Shown in pieces: positions 37,196 to 51,700 of a stretch of DNA of 64,000 bases. The stretch is from Neolecta irregularis DAH-3 (Eukaryota), in contig LXFE01000515.1 in assembly GCA_001929475.1 (NCBI GenBank), forward strand, positions 1 through 64,000, written 5' to 3'. The notes beneath the pieces were generated by a model. That model did no database searches. It was not told where the DNA came from and saw only the letters and a list, made by a program, of their open reading frames with translations. The position numbers and the translations under genes were made by a program. Each line of letters begins with the position of its first letter. Positions within the stretch are counted from its first letter, which is position 1.

Positions 37196-37287
37196 ATACA
37201 GTCTGGTGAAAGACCAAAAAGTGTCCAGATGTATTCTTGTAGAAGTAGGTTGAACGTTACGTCCAACCTCATCCCCTCCCTTCTACC

Positions 37288-37925
37288 ATGTTTGAAAACA
37301 AAAATGAGGTCATTAACGGTTCCCCTCCCAAATCCCAATCCCAGACTAACAGAACTAGCCTGGGACCAAGTCCGCAGTGACAAATCTGAAATTGACTGGT
37401 AGTTTTTCCATTCATCCAGAATTGACAAACTTCCAGGCTTCTCCTCAGTTATAAAGACTCCAAAAGCAACAGTTTAGCATTAACAGCAACCGGCTCAGGA
37501 GGTCTGCAGGAACTAAAAGTATCCCGTGCACTCTGCCATACTTCGTACCGACCGTTTTAGGGGAACCTCGATATCGCAGATGCCCAGTTTGGTTATATCA
37601 GAATGACCTACGCCAATGACATCCACAGTCGGCGTATCAAATTCGCTTTAATCACATGGATCGGTATCCTTGAACGGTTTACGTTGCTGAATATCAAGGT
37701 GAACAGTGCAAAGTCATGAGAAAAGCGCGCATGTCAATTCATGCAGCTGATGTGAAAAATGTAATCAGGAATTACTCAATTGAAGTCTCTGCAACACATT
37801 TAGAAGGTTTTCCTCCATCATTCTCTTGCGGCGTTCTGATAAAGCTAGATTTGATTGAAGATGATATTGTTTCGAGAATGAGGATAGCAGGAGGCGCGAA
37901 TTACGATGCACAGGTAATGAAATAG
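37288..37925 (+). CDS. Coactosin-like ADF-H actin-binding protein; 5 introns
   Basis: AWDQVRSDKSEIDWLLLSY, TGSGGLQEL, QFGYIR, KFALITWIG, VMRKAR and AGGANYD motifs. Confidence 0.9.
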
Positions 37926-38106
37926 TCAACTCTTTAGCCTTGTCGTCTCTCTTTTTTTTCCGCAGTGATTTAAGCATGGGACGGTTATACTTGAATGGTT
38001 GGTTATCACGGAATGTGAGTCATCGCAAGTTTTTGTGTACTAAGACCATTCTCCTGTCTTTTCGTGATACCGCATTCTTATATAGAATGCATCGTAGAGA
38101 TCGTAC

Positions 38107-39088
38107 TCACCCTTTCGTTGTTTCATGGCGAATGGAGAGATTCTTAAGCTCGGCTAAAAGTGTGTCGAAACCTATACATTCCCAGAATTCGTTGTTAATA
38201 TCCGGCATTCGCGATATACTAAACGTAGTAAAGCAAAGATCGCTAAAGGTATCGTCAGCCTCGAAATTCTGCGGCAAAGGTCGACAATCCAAATAATCTT
38301 GTCATCTCAGTATCAGGCAAACAGCCATTTAATACCAGAAATGGCAAAAATACATGGAAACTCTCTTTTCATCTTCTTTTTGGAATTCCGTTCAACGTAT
38401 GAAGATAGATTATTCCCTAGTATTCCAACGTTTCCAAGCATCTCTGCAGACCAATTCGCCCGCAATACAGCTTCATAAAGAACCGCATCGCAAAAAGGCA
38501 TATAAAAAAGTGTAGTTTCTCGCACAGTATAATCATATGCCTAAATATCAACACCTCTTTAAATCCAAATAGATCAAGCCAACCTTGTCAGGGGGGATAA
38601 CATCAATATCCAAAGACTTTAACAATTCAATATCTTGAATTTGAAATACCGGATCATAAGCAAATCGGTTCCGTGAAATCTATGGTATCAAAACAGATGT
38701 ATCATTTGGGGTATTACCCGAAACATGTGGAAAGTCTCTATCGCAAGGGCTAATTGGGATAACGGCCGACGAAAACTTAATGAACCGAGACCAAAACATA
38801 TTGCTTTTACAGGCAAAAACGACGACTGCATTTCGATAAACCCATTAATCATTTCTATAAATTTTTAGTCTCTTTCCCATATAAAAAGAATAGTGAAGAG
38901 ATAAAAAAAATTGGAGTATCTGTAATTATAGAAAAGAAATTAAAAAATGTTATACCGCGATAATCTTGAAAAAATTGCGAGCGTAATAGAATATCGACCT
39001 GTGTTGGAAATAATTCTCTGGGATGGCTAGATATTTTTGGTTTTCTTTGAAGTCGGGTGGGTCTTTGAATGTAAGTGAATTCAGACAT
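38107..39088 (-). CDS. SRR1/BER1 domain protein
   Basis: ICFGLGS, FQLAL, AYDPVF, TLFYMPFCD.VLYE.VLRANW, GNNLSSY and TFSDL motifs. Confidence 0.85.
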
Positions 39089-39280
39089 TGATCATTAGGG
39101 AATGACGTTGAAATGTCGGTCCTTTCTCCTTGATTATTTCCCGTTTAATCGAAAGTTCCTGGATAATTTCCTTGCTTATATTGTTTTCACTAACATGAAC
39201 TGGAGGAACGCTATACTTTTTTATTCTGTAATAAAAGATGTTTTATGATTTTTGAGAATGATTATTGTGGGGAAGTTGTG

Positions 39281-39366
39281 CAAGTACAAATACGACTAAG
39301 GTTGATTCGCTAGCCTAAGTATTGTGTACTTCTTGGGGGCATACCTACCCTAAGTATTGTGTACTT
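39281..39366. repeat. 18-nt direct repeat CCTAAGTATTGTGTACTT (39314-39331, 39349-39366) with a degenerate inverted copy at ~39281-39293
   Basis: Directly visible in the sequence. Confidence 0.85.
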
Positions 39367-39569
39367 GGGCTAGGTATATCTATCTATGCTTCCTGTATAC
39401 TCTGCTTGTAATGGCCGCAATATTATCCCACGCCTCCTTGTCGTATTGGTAAGATTAGCCAACGGGGGTATAAGCTCAGCGGCATTTAACCGACACCCCC
39501 CGAAACCCGCCACCAAAAAAAAGAAATTGTGCGCCACATATATTTGTCAACCCAATGTTCGATTCACAG

Positions 39570-39790
39570 TTTAACTGCCATTCAAACATGCAGCTATCAA
39601 TACTAGCTCTTTCTAATGCCTTTGCTGTCTTTTTAGCTTCTAATTCTGGTGCTCTAGCTACGAATTTTGCCATTTGTTGAGTTGCTTCATCAATCACCTG
39701 TCGAATTTGTTCAATATTGGCAAATCGGCTATTTGGGTCAATTGAATTTTTTGTAAACGCCACAAAACGGGTTCGGCGCCACACAGAAAT
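39570..39790 (-). mobile_element. Possible relic of a pogo/Fot1-like DNA transposase C-terminus
   Basis: IDPNSRFANIEQIRQ...SCMFEWQL resembles C-terminal tails I recall from fungal pogo/Fot1-type transposases. It lies in an AT-rich, repeat-containing interval and no DDE core is visible. Confidence 0.45.
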
Positions 39791-39989
39791 AAAAGAAATT
39801 ACCTTTTTGTTCAACAACACCACAAAGGTCGGACAAGGTTGCTACTCGGTAGTACTATTGTAGCAGTGGTTGATAATATTGCTGAATATGTTCTTGAATA
39901 AGAGATGAGCAAATCTCTTCGGGATTCATATCCGTTTGCCGTAGCAAAGGCCTTTGTGTGTCTGTCGCATGGAGCAGTCCCCTGCCGCG

Positions 39990-40891
39990 TTTCTGCTTGC
40001 CATCCACCTAACAACCCGGCTCGCAGCAGCAAAGGCTTTTGTGCACGAATTTTCAGTACGGCACAGTCCTCGCGACCCAATGCAAGCTTGCAGAACCCCT
40101 TGTACTCCTCAGCATCGTCAAGTGGGTCTGGAACCGCATCGCTGGTGACGTCATCTCCTGCGAGATCTTTTGCCGCGAAGAAGCCGCCCTACCACACCCC
40201 TCAGACACCTTCCAGACCACTCTCACCCTTGTCAGCCAGGAGCGCTACCCCTTGTTCTCCAGCTATTCGAATTTCTCGCAGCCATCGCTGCAAACAGAGG
40301 CTGCAATTGCCTTCCTGGAAGCAAAGTCTCCCCTATCTGCTCCTGGTTCACCTTTGAGCTCGACAAAGGCTCAGACGGCTTCTATTCTGGCTATGAGTCC
40401 TTCCAGCAGTATATCCCTTAACCGGAGCTGCCTGCTAACCCGTTAGCATCGCAGATGCCGCCTAGAACATCTTCCTCGTCTACCTGAGATCCATGACCCT
40501 CGGATACTGGTTGCGGTAATGCAAGTGTGCTTTTGAATGGATTGCTGGCTGAGTGCAGAACCACCAGGAATCGCCGGCCACGCTCGAAGTCTGCCCTGCT
40601 GCAGCATGCCCCTCAGATGCATACCTCCTTCACATAGCCACTCCTCAACCCTCCCATGCATCCTTGAAAATCTCCTCACAGAACACAGAAACTCGTTATC
40701 CCTTGTCCCGCACTACCTACCAGCTCCACTCCATCCTCGAAACCTCCCTCCTCCTCGACAGAGTCACCCCAAGCCCCTTTTCCCTCCTCAAACGCGCCCG
40801 CCGACACATCTACAATGACTCCTACACTCTCGCCAAACTCTATACCTGCGCTCACGATCCCTCAAAGTGTCTCTCAGACAAATGCGTGTGA
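39990..40891 (+). pseudogene. Degenerate intron-containing gene of unknown family
   Basis: Coding-like C-ending codon bias and a canonical intron at ~40409-40446 (GT...GCTAAC...TAG). The biased frame has an in-frame TAG at 40463-40465 and apparent frameshifts. Confidence 0.4.
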
Positions 40892-41270
40892 GGCTTGAAA
40901 TATATAGTCACCATAAACAGCTCGCTCCTATGCAGGTCCCAGATGGCAAAAGGCCTCGCAGAGTTCACTTCCTCCTGATTCATAAACTTTCTTTTTGATG
41001 ATTCAATCACTACAGGAAGGGGTCAATTCCTATACAATGACTTTCCCTCTTCCCGTATCGAAAATACTTTGTTCCTTTTATCCCCCCAACAACCCTTCCC
41101 TTCCCCCACCCTACTCGTTTTTGTGTCTCCTGCGGTAGTCCTCGACACTCACAACATGCTCTAGCTCTTTTTCACTCAACTTCAAAGAGGTTTAGTTTGC
41201 AGTGGGCGAGTTAGCTATTGAAACGACTGTCACTCATAGAGAGAGAAATGCATATTCTAGGCAATACTTA

Positions 41271-42428
41271 TTAACTATGAGAATTCCCAGTTATGCATGA
41301 AATATCAAGTCGACGGAAAACCATTTTATGATCAAATGCAAGCCAATTGATAATGACCATGTCATACGAAATAATAATCACTGCTCTGTCAGTTATTTAT
41401 ACCCACTTTAGAAATCAACTTGTCACGTCAATCCAGCTGGCTAACAATAAGCGAACCCGAAAAAAACGACTCACGAGACTGAAAATAGATCTCTGAAATT
41501 TGACCTTTTCCTCGACAAACAGGTCGATTTGGAAAATCTGGATCTGGAGTATCTTCGATTTTTAAGGTAATTTTGAATGATGATTCGCCTCGGGGAACAT
41601 TAATATCCCCTGGACATGAGTAAACAAAGATAATTTGGCATATTTCATACCAGTCAGCTTTACCGCATCAATTGTGGTCACATCAGGCTGACTGAACCAT
41701 ATAAATTCATTCCCGTGAGGTCCATAACTCGCTGCCCACATTCCTCGAAAAGGTCGATCGGGATGTGGTTGCCACATCCTCGGATCAAGTTTATAAAATA
41801 ATAAATTCCGATATCGTCCAGAAGTATCAATTCCGACACAATCGGAAGCAAGCTGGAAAAATCTCGTTGAAAGGTTGTCAATAGAAGTTTGACAGTGGCC
41901 AGTAGACACATTCAATATTGATCTCGAAATACGAGCTTCTGCAGGGATATTTCTTGGAGGAAATTCGTCACCGTCTTTATATCGACTAGAATATTTGCCT
42001 CTAGTTACGATCGACTCGTCGATTCGTTCAATCAGTGAGATACCATCACTCCTGGAAAATGAAATAGGATTCAAGTGAAGTGCTGTTGATTCCCCATCTC
42101 TCGTAATATCCAAGAATCGAAATTGATAAGACTTTGTAGAGAGTTGATAGAAAATGTACACGAGCGCTCCTTCGAAATCCTCATCACATAACCAAATTCC
42201 ACGTAGATAGCCATGTCGATGGAGAGCCTGTTGATAAAACTTCCGATACGACAGGTAAGGATACGGTGATTGATATGTATCAACGCCACATCTCGATTTC
42301 CATAACGAGTCGTCCTTTGTCAAAATGTTTAGGTATTTAGATGTGATGGAAACACAAACAAGAGATTTAGTGGGGAGAAGGCGCAAAATCGAAAGGAGAA
42401 TTTCAGATGGTAGAGATCGCAATGTCAT
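41271..42428 (-). CDS. F-box protein with FBXO31-like C-terminal domain
   Basis: LRSLPSEILLSIL F-box, then PFRGMWAASYGPHGNEF and AVKLTG|DINVPRGE. Confidence 0.85.
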
Positions 42429-42648
42429 CAGACTTGTTTAGTGACCCAATCTTGCTTCCTTTAAAAAACAGATTAATCATCAAGTGGTAAACCACGAATG
42501 AGAAAATATGATATTAATCCAGTGTAAATGTTATGTGTAATTATAACTCACTAATGGATGATTATTCGCACAAATCATCCGAGTCTAACACATAACCCAG
42601 TTTTGAACCACTCCGGTAGAAGACTAACAATAACAACAAAACAATATT

Positions 42649-44304
42649 TCATAGCTCGCTTCTCGGCATTGATGAGGATGGATGATGAGCTGTAGAATCA
42701 AATGTTTTAAAAAGTCTTGATGGAATGCTCTTCAGGGCTGTGGGAATATCTGCACCGAAACACCATGCAACGAAAAGCATCAATCCACCAATCGCGAGCC
42801 ATGCGCACACAGCCGCAAAAATGATTATTCTGGTATCTTTGTCAATTTGAGCCTGCTCTTCCGGAGACAATATGACGCACTGTTCACCAGCAGGCACGGG
42901 TCCATGGGAAAGACATTTAGGCACTCGATTCCGAGGGAAGACAGTTTCGTACCATTGCTCAACCTATTGCCGTGAGCTTGAATATATGTACAATAACCAC
43001 CTTTGCACATTCAATGCTGATTTTAAGAAAATTTGGGTCTTTGGGTGTATTTTTAAAGTGTATTTCTCGAACATATTGAAGAAAAATCTGTGCGACAACA
43101 CGCTGGTTGCCCATCTTCATAATCATCTAAAACGTAAACTTGAGGCTAATGAAAAATGAGCATACGTCGCATGCCTGGCCCTTTCGAATTTTAACATTGG
43201 TATGGAATACATTTCGATTTCGAAAGACAAGAGCCAATGTAGCGATAGCCATGACCTGGGGAATCGCACAAAAGTTGAATATCGATTGATCTTTTAGGCC
43301 ACATAGGTAAACCAAAGAATCCCGACTATGTTCCAATGCATCGAGGACCATATCCGATAAACATGCTAAAGCTGATTCTTCGTTCTTAGGATCGGTGAAA
43401 TCTGAGAGATCATTTGCGTATTTGCTCCAAATTTCTTTTGGCCAGAAACGTCGTCCGTCATCAAGATCTTCGCGGTAATCACGAATGATGTTTGTCTTTT
43501 GAAGGAAAAGACCCATAGAATTGGATCTATTCGTTAACGGTCACTGTAAATGGGAGCAAACAAATCATCCATATCGGCATATCGCTTGTCTTCGAGGCCA
43601 CTTGCAGCAAATAGCTGACTTAGTCCTTCACCAACTAAGCCAGCAACATAATGACAGTATACATCGTAATCCCTGATAGTGTTGATGCCATTCTTATTGT
43701 GGTCCGCATTATCTATGTATGCTGCCATTCCTTTACCCATTCGTTCCGTGGATTTTCGAATTACTTCCTGATACTGGGGGTTAATCGTAGCGTATTCTTG
43801 TAGAACGGTGTCAAATTCCACAAGGAGTCGTCGATCTTTTTCATTAGGGCCGCCTGAGAAGTCAAAACAATTACATGGAGATTGCACTTGCATTCTTCAA
43901 ACGTCCAGTGTTCTCTACTAAGATATGTGTGAAATTCAGGAAGCATCCTCAACTTGGTTTCGATGGGAATAGTCATATCATCTTCAATCGTATCGAGTCC
44001 CCGTAAAATGAGATAAAAGATCATGACCTTGAAATCTGTAAGTGATATGTCGCCTTTATTGCAACAAACTGGCTCTCTGAGTTCCGGCTTCAGTTCTTGA
44101 ATGACTGAACTAAAGCTGCGCGAGGTCTGGACCAGAAACTCATAGCATCTCCTACGAGTAGTGGATTCAAGCTCTGGTATTCTTCTATTCAGGGGCGAGT
44201 AGTACAGTTTATACTGGACAATTGCTCGCAGCTCCGATGGACTATGAATCAGATTATTTCCATGCTAGAAATACGCACCGCAACAAGTAGGATAGAAGAG
44301 ACAT
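42649..44304 (-). CDS. ERG9: Squalene synthase
   Basis: [50 protein letters not shown] and [13 protein letters not shown] motifs, plus a C-terminal TM anchor. Confidence 0.96.
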
Positions 44305-44551
44305 AAAGACAGGAGTATGAGGCGGAACTCTTTATATGCAAAATGCTTAGCTGTCCTGGTGGAAGGCCAATTTGCTTTGTATGTACAAGTGACTTCTATA
44401 ATTTGCCAGATGACTGTCGAGTACATTCTGTTGTGTTCCTTATATACACAGGCTTGCTTATCCTATATATATACGGTGTAGAATATTCAGAGCATGTTTG
44501 TTTTGTTGCCACATCTCGTGCGACGAGTAACCAGTCTACTTTTGCACTTTT

Positions 44552-46051
44552 ATGTCGTCCACATTTATCTGTGAAGCATCTTCAGCTTTGGGCCCTGTAT
44601 CTGGCGCAAGTTCTCCTGTTTCGCCTCGATGCAACAGCGAAACTGCTATCGAAGAAGGTCGTGCTTCAGTTGCCGATCCGCTTTCGCTTGGAACATGGAA
44701 ACGGACAGAGGAGGAAATATCGGGTTTGCGTAAGCGGGCTTCTAATAATGCTGGGGGAAGGAAGATACAGGCGTTTTACAGAGAGCAAAACGAACAAATT
44801 GAAAGGCTACTCCAGCCTGCAGAAGAACAGGAACGCGAAGCTGAAGAAGCAACTGAGCGGAATTCTTTCAAAGTACTCTGTCCAAATATCGAGTTTTTTT
44901 AAATTCGCAAGATCAAAGTTGTGATTTATGGAAGTCTAGTCGCGAATATCATGCTCTTTGTTCTTCAGTTATTCGCAGCTGTTATAAGTGGCTCTCTTTC
45001 TCTTTTCGCCACGGCTGCAGACGCATTCATGGATCTGGTTAGTAGCATTGTTCTTGCATGGACGAACAGGCTGGCTTCAAGAAACAACTATTTGTTGTAT
45101 CCCACAGTATGCCTTTTTGTTCCTTTTTTACCTAACTCATGCAGGGCAAAAGCAGACTTGAAACAGTTGGAATCATTATCTTCAGCTCGCATGCCCCTGC
45201 ACATGTTTTACACTGACATGTCAAGACTCATGTCGACGGTTTCAGTCCAACTAATAGTTATTGTCCTCTTTAGCATTTACTAAATCCAGATTGAATCTGC
45301 TCGAGAATTAATGTCTCATCAGTCCAGTCAAAAAGAAAGCATTCATATTCTTGCATTAGCATTCGTTGGGGTTGCATGTACGATCCAATCTCTAAAATCT
45401 TTTAACCATCAAAGTGGGTTCAAAAGCTCTTTTATTCATTTACTGTAAAGGGGTTTATTTGACATCAAAAGCCAAGACAGCAGAGATTCTTGCTCAAGAT
45501 CACCGAAATGATATCCTAGTTAATGGCTTTGGTCTCACGACATCTCTTTGTGGCTCTCGTATTGTCTGGTGGATTGATCCAGCTGGTGCAATCGCTGTGG
45601 CTGTTTTCATACTGTGTTCCTGGGGAATGACGGCATTCGAACAGATAGAGTTCTTGGTGGGAAAATCTGCCGACCCAGCTTTCCTCCAACGGCTGACATA
45701 CTTGGGTATCTCTCTTTGGTGTATTCTGTCCTAAAGTTAGCCGTTACTCATGACGAACGAATCAAGCAGGTAGATACATGTAGAGCATACTATTCTGGTG
45801 CAACCCTTTTTGTTGAGGTCGATATTGTGTTGGATCCTTTTTGTCCACTGCACATAGCACATGATGTTGGTGAAAGTACTCATCAGTCTACAATTGCAAG
45901 CTGATTGGCAGGCTTACAAACAAAGATTGAAAGTCTACCCGATGTTGAACGCGCTTTTGTTCATCTTGACTATGAAACGGATCATAGACCGTATGTATTA
46001 TGTTTATTCAAAGTCTGACATGATTGCAGGGAGCACAGAAAGTATACTTAA
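44552..46051 (+). CDS. Cation diffusion facilitator (Mn-CDF/MTP8-like) transporter
   Basis: FYREQNEQIE, SLSLFATAADAFMDL, AQDHRND, WWIDPAGA, VEVDIV, HDVGE and ERAFVHLDYE motifs. Confidence 0.92.
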
Positions 46052-46464
46052 ATCTATGGAACACAGATTTGGGAAGTCTTTTAATTATCTCAATATGGTG
46101 AACTATAGTTTTGAGTGTTATTGTTAGAGTCTACTGGCTGATGTGATGAGTGGTTAACTCTCTCACACAAAGACACTGAGATGACTTCATTTACTTTTGC
46201 CCCGTAACACGGCTCACAAGGAATATTGAAAATCGATGTGGAATTTGACAAATGGTGGCGATAAAGAAAGAAAAAACTCGCGTTATTAGTTTATCACCGC
46301 AGTATGGATAATTAAGGGCTGTTGTGTATTTAGGGGCATTTTGCTCTCACGTTACCTTGGACTACACTACTTATTTGCTTAGTCAAATCCTTTTGATTTA
46401 AACCATCAGATTTTCTCGGGTAGAACCAAGCCGGGCCCGTATCGTCAATTGATCTACCTGTAGA

Positions 46465-48527
46465 ATGAAGGCAGAAACACTACAAGTTCATTGGCACGAG
46501 ACTCAGCCTATTTACAGCGCTCATTTCGAACCGTCTGGGAAAGGTCGACTAGCTACTGCCGGTGGGGACAATATTGTTCGGGTTTAATCCCTTTATTCTT
46601 CTTTATACCAATGATAGGTCTGGAAACTGGAGAGAAATGACGATGGAACGCATGTTGTGAGTTTTTTAAGCACCTTGGCAAAGCACACCCAAGCCGTCAA
46701 TGTAGTTCGATTCAGCCCAAAAGGTATGTCTGAATCAGATTTCTAACAGACCTTACTCGAAGGAAATCAAATTGCGTCTGCTGGAGATGACGGAAATGTC
46801 CTTATTTGGGTACCTTCAGAAACAAGGGAACATGTTCTTGGTGAAACATCCGCCGATCTGGAAGATGAGAAAGAGAATTGGAGAGTGAAACATATGTGCC
46901 GCTCGACCGGTTCTGAGATTTATGACCTGGCTTGGTCGCCTGATGGCACCTTCATAATTACCGGATCAATGGATAATATTGCACGGATTTATGACGCAAG
47001 GGACGGTACGCTACCGCATAGTCTGCAGAGTTTTTAAGCCTCAGGAAATGTCGTTCGGCAAATTGCCGATCATCAGCATTATGTCCAAGGGGTTGCTTGG
47101 GATCCGCTTAATGAATTCATTGCTACGCAGAGCAGCGACCGGTCGGTTCATATATACGCCCTCAAGAACGCAGATGGACAGTTCTCCCTTTCTCATTATA
47201 ACAGGTCAATGAAAATTGAACTTCCAAGTCGCCGCATTTCTAATGGAAGCCCTGCTCCGCCCGATTTTATGAAACCTCCAGTCTCAGCAACTTCTGCCTT
47301 GAGTGAATCGATTGCTTCTCCTGTAACTTCGACTCCCGGTACTCCGACCAGTATGCAACCTCCAATGACTCACTCAAGACGGTCTTCGTTTAGCAATTCG
47401 CCGGCATTTCGAAGATCTGCAAGTCCCTCGCCTGCATTCCCGCTCCCTGCCGTTAAACCAATGTCCCCGAGAATGACGGAACCGCGGACCGTCCCACTCT
47501 ATTATAATGAAGCTCTGGCAAGCTTCTTTAGAAGATTGACGTTTGCACCTGACGGGAGTTTGCTCTTTACACCAGCTGGGAAGTTGAAGAGAACGAGTAC
47601 ATCGGATGCAAGAGATTTGACAAACGAAAAGACGGACGACATAATCAACACAGTCTTCATCTATAGTAGAGCAGGCTTGAAGAAGTGACATCCATCCGTC
47701 ACATTACTTGCTGAATTTCATAGACCCCCTATTGCTCACTTACCGGGCCACAAGAAACCTGCGATTGCCATAAAGTGTTCGCCTATTTACTACAAACTTC
47801 GCAAAGCAGAAGTTTCGACAACTCGGCTTACAATGGATACATCTTCGGCTAATAAACCCACCCTTGGACTTCCGGAAGCAGACTTCGAGACATCGGCGTC
47901 CAAGTCAAAAGAACCTCTACCTCCTGCCTTTGCGCTTCCTTATCGGATGATTTATGCTGTCGCTACACAAGATGCCGTAGTTATATACGATACGCAACAA
48001 CATAGTCCGCTTTATATCCTGAGCAATTTGCATTATGCAACATTCACAGATTTAAGCTGGTAGGTTTGACTGGTGTTTTTACTAATCTGAATCTTAGGAC
48101 GCCTGATGGCCGTACATTATTGATGACATCAAATGATGGATTCTGTTCAGTTATCTCTTTTGACCCTGAAGAACTTGGTGAAATCCATCCTGGACCCTCT
48201 CCTCCAGTCACAGTGGGAAAACATGGTCCTCAAAGTCCAAAACTCGCCAGGGCCTCTAGTCCTGCCAGGTCAAATTCCACAAGTTCTGTAGCAACATTGA
48301 GCAGTTTTGGGATTGTCCCAGGGAATATGCCACCCGCTGCAGTATCGTCTGCGATTGGTTCTACATCTCCTCAAACGTCTTACTCAACTATGTTTCAAGT
48401 TCCTGAAATGGTTCTTGGAAAACGAGATGCGGAAATACCTTCAGGCTCTGAGAATGGCTCGGCTGTGAAAAAAAGACGCCTTACACCGACTTTCGTGGGG
48501 GATTTGAACGAAAATCAGAATCACTGA
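46465..48527 (+). CDS. CAC2: Chromatin assembly factor 1 subunit B (p60)
   Basis: [55 protein letters not shown], and C-terminal B-domain KKRRLTPT. Confidence 0.95.
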
Positions 48528-48789
48528 GCATCAGATTCTCGTTTTTATTGGTGTGTACAGGGTATCAAGGGGTCTTTTTGTCTAAAATGAGGTTTTCTGG
48601 GGCGCATTGAGGATGAACTTTGTTATTCAAATTAAAAAAACCAATTACATCTGCAAGTTTGAGTTGCGCGTGTTTACTGGCGTTGTTTATTTTCCTGCCA
48701 ACCTTCAGCATTTTTCCTCCACCGACTCGACGCAACCTCCGGTCAGTTGAATCGACTTGTTCCATCTGCATATTTTCTTTCTTTAAGTA

Positions 48790-51700
48790 ATGGCAGGAGG
48801 AGGCCCACGATATCAGGGTGTAGCTGCAAATCATGCCCGAACTAGCTCAACAGTCTCCAGAGTTCTGTCTCAAACATCATCTCAGTCATCAAACGTAGCA
48901 TCACCGTCGCTTCACGGTAACAACAAGCGCCCTTTAAGTGCAGCTGCTCAACATACAGCGACGAACAAACGCAAAGAACGCGAGTTTGAGAAATCCAGAG
49001 ATCAGGAATCATTGATCGAGAACAAAGAGACAAACATTCAAGTTGTTCTGCGGTGTCGAGGTCGAAATGAACGAGAGATCCGGGAAAACAGCAGCGTCGT
49101 AGTTTCTGCTCCAGACGGTGCAAGAGGACGAGATTTGTGCGTCCAAACTAGCTCATCTACGCCTTTAAGCAACAAAATATATACTTTCGATCGTGTTTTT
49201 GGACCTGAGGCTGACCAAGAGATGGTATTCGATGACGTGGTCCAGCCGATGCTCGAGGAGGTGCTTTCTGGATATAATTGTACTGTCTTTGCCTATGGAC
49301 AAACAGGAACCGGTAAAACGTGAGTCTGATTGTTATAAACAGATACTTATACATCAGATATACTATGAGTGGAGATGTCATTGACATCTTGGGTTCATAT
49401 TCCCCGAACGCGGGGATAATTCCACGGACGCTTTACAAGCTTTTCAGCGCCCTTGATGCAGCCAATACAGAATATTCAGTTAAATGTTCTTTTATTGAAT
49501 TGTATAACGAGGATCTACGTGATCTGCTGTCGATCGATGAAGAGGTCAAATTACGAATGTTCGAAGACTCGTCAAAACGTAGCGTATTAATTCAAGGCAT
49601 GGAAGAAGTAGTTATCAGTTCAGCTGCAGACGGAGTCAAATATCTCCAGAGTGGAACGGAGAAACGACAGGTTGCCGCCACCAGGAGTAACGAATTTTCA
49701 AGGTATCTACGATCACCCATAGCGTTGGCTCATACTGTTAGTCGGTCCCATACTGTCTTTACAATACTTGTACATATCAAGGAAACTGCTGAAGGCGATG
49801 ATGTTCTTCGAGTTGGAAAATTAAATTTGGTCGACCTCGCTGGTTCGGAGAATATCAGTCGGTCTGGTGCAGAAAACAAACGGGCTCGGGAAGCTGGTAT
49901 GATCAATCAAAGTTTATTAACCCTCGGACGAGTCATTAATGCTTTGGTTGAGCACTCGCCGCACATACCATACCGGTATATCCAAGGCCAATCCTGTCTT
50001 ACATTGCAGTGAATCGAAGTTGACCAGACTTTTACAAGACTCTCTCGGTGGTAGAACCAAGACATGTATAATTGCCACTGTCTCTCCAGCCAGAGTCAAT
50101 CTGGAGGAGACTGTCAGTACTCTTGATTACGCATACAAGGCGAAGAACATCCACAACAAACCCCAAATGAATAAAATGATGACTAAGAAAGCTTTGATCA
50201 AAGATTATATTATGGAGATTGAGAAATTGAAGCATGATCTTATAGTCCGTCGTTGGTTGTGCATTTTGCTAATAACCAGGCATCGAGGCAAAAGACTGGT
50301 GTTTACCTGTCGAATGAAACATACGAAGAACTAACTCTGGAGAATGAGAGTCGACGAGTGCTCCTCGACGAAAAGGAAAGAAAAACGCTTGCTCTTGAGA
50401 ATTCACTTAAAGCTACTCGCGAACAATTCGAGCAAAACATCAAATTGTTCATGGAAACTAAAAGCCACCTTGAGAAGACACATGTATGACATACATTTCT
50501 CTGCAACCTCTAACTGATTCAGAGCACTCTTAATGAAACTCGACAAACGCTTGGCCGTACTGAGCAGAGCCTCTTTCATGTCAAACAAAATCTTGCCGAA
50601 GAAACAGTCCTGCGCAAGGCACACCAGGCTACAGAAACAAATCTCGATGATGTTGCGCAAAATCTCAAGAGTAAACTCGACGAATCAGTCGGTGATATTT
50701 TCAAGCTTCACGCAAAGGTTGAAAGGAAATCTCATATTGAGTCGCATAATAAAGAGAGGTGGTCAGAATTACAAAGTTTGATGGGAGATCAACTAGCACT
50801 TATCGAAACACGCATTGATGACTTTGCCAAGAGTCAACTGATATTTTCGGATTCCATGACTGGAAGACTGACTGGATTTATCGTAAAAGAAATGAAAAGA
50901 TTAACTGATAATTATCAATATGTTGAAGGTCAGTTTCGAAAGTTCAACGAACAACAAGGCAAACTTACGGACTCATTGGGGGATAGTAGGACCCAAGCTG
51001 AGGCTGTAGTGGGAGAAATCAAGGCTTTGAGAGAAGAAGTCAAAGGAAGACTTGGTGAAGGGTTGAAGGGTCTTAATAAAGCAGCCGAGAGGATTGCGGG
51101 AGAAGTTGTTGGCGAACTTATTGAATTTCAACAGCAGGTATCATGACATTCAGGTGTATTGCTAAAACCAAGATCAACGCCTCATACAATCAGCTTGGTC
51201 ATGAAATTAAATTCCTCTTCGACGATACCAATCGTCACATACGATCCCAAACACAAGAAATTGTCAATCTCAAAACACAGCTTGCCGAAGCATCGCAAAG
51301 GGCCACATGTCATCTTACTACTACAAGCGACAATCTCAAAGAAGCAATTGAAGAGGAGACACTGATTCGACTGCAAGAACGCGACCATCTCCTCAAACAG
51401 ATATCTTGCATGGTCTGTGATATAGTCGATTCTCAGGAGCGTCGTCTTAATGGACGGATTTTTAGCATACAAAATGGCCTCATCATAGCTACTCAGGAGG
51501 CTGGACGCAATGCAGTTCAGCAGTCAGATGCATTAGACGTTCTTGTTGAAAAGGAAGCAATGTTTTCGAAGAAAATTCATGCACAGAAGGAGGATGTCAA
51601 ACGCACGATGGTTCGGGCGGCACAAACTGCAGACGTCAAGGGACTTCAAATCCAGCAGAGCACTAGAGCTATTCATGCCGAGACCACCACTCTGGTCGAG

